A stretch of DNA of 63,774 nt, the filler included. It is 5 parts of 5 records of this genome, joined end to end, with 100 filler letters (N's around TTAATTAATTAA, not from the genome) between each part and the next. Parts side by side here need not be neighbours in the genome. Positions count along the whole stretch, not along the records: positions 55,672 to 63,774 come from SRR20825006_82; 4 more parts are not named here. One strand, 5' to 3'. Position 1 is the first letter of the stretch; the number at the start of each line of letters is the position of its first letter. Under the pieces are notes generated by a model. The model searched no databases, had not been told where the DNA came from, and was given only the letters and a program-made list of their open reading frames with translations. The position numbers were made by a program, and so were the translations under genes. Shown here in pieces: positions 63,706 to 63,774 of this stretch.

Positions 63706-63774
63706 ATGTCTTTTAAAAAAACAACTTTTGCCATAGCTTCAATTGCTATACTTTCTATCTCTTTAACTTCTTGT
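63706..63774 (+). CDS. Small lipoprotein/lipopeptide precursor, copy 2 (truncated by window end)
   Basis: MSFKKTTFAIASIAILSISLTSC, near-identical to the copy 1 signal peptide, 195 bp downstream. Confidence 0.7.
   Translation, partial: MSFKKTTFAIASIAILSISLTSC

Overview
This window is not one locus. It is five unrelated contigs joined by artificial 100-nt spacers (44 N + TTAATTAATTAA + 44 N). (1) 1-17250: Rhodobacteraceae-like flagellar cluster (fliE to fliP), followed by an nreA/nreB-like metal-resistance pair. (2) 17351-24638: Flavobacteriaceae-like DNA. It opens with four short, co-oriented, AT-rich genes for exported proteins, separated by related 108-146 bp imperfect palindromes. Each gene is bracketed by its own GTT.../...AAC inverted pair, the signature of integron-like gene cassettes; no integrase is visible. 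A glycoside hydrolase, an esterase and a DJ-1/PfpI gene follow. (3) 24739-39617: gammaproteobacterial Wzc/Wzy polysaccharide locus with L-FucNAc genes (fnlABC), up to four sulfotransferase-fold genes and a GTAG-type REP doublet. (4) 39718-55571: alphaproteobacterial housekeeping region (petBC, ilvE, bamD-recN-ligA, prmA, uvrD). (5) 55672-63774: Flavobacteriaceae lpxA/lpxC-fabZ/lpxD/HD/porX/tsaE region. It also carries an HTH regulator, a frameshifted duplicated-domain membrane protein and tandem small lipopeptide genes. The best candidates for an undescribed system are the non-canonical Bacteroidota cassette array (17351-20290) and the putative lipopeptide/membrane-protein/HTH module (61206-63774). 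Taxonomic calls are inferred from gene content and composition only.
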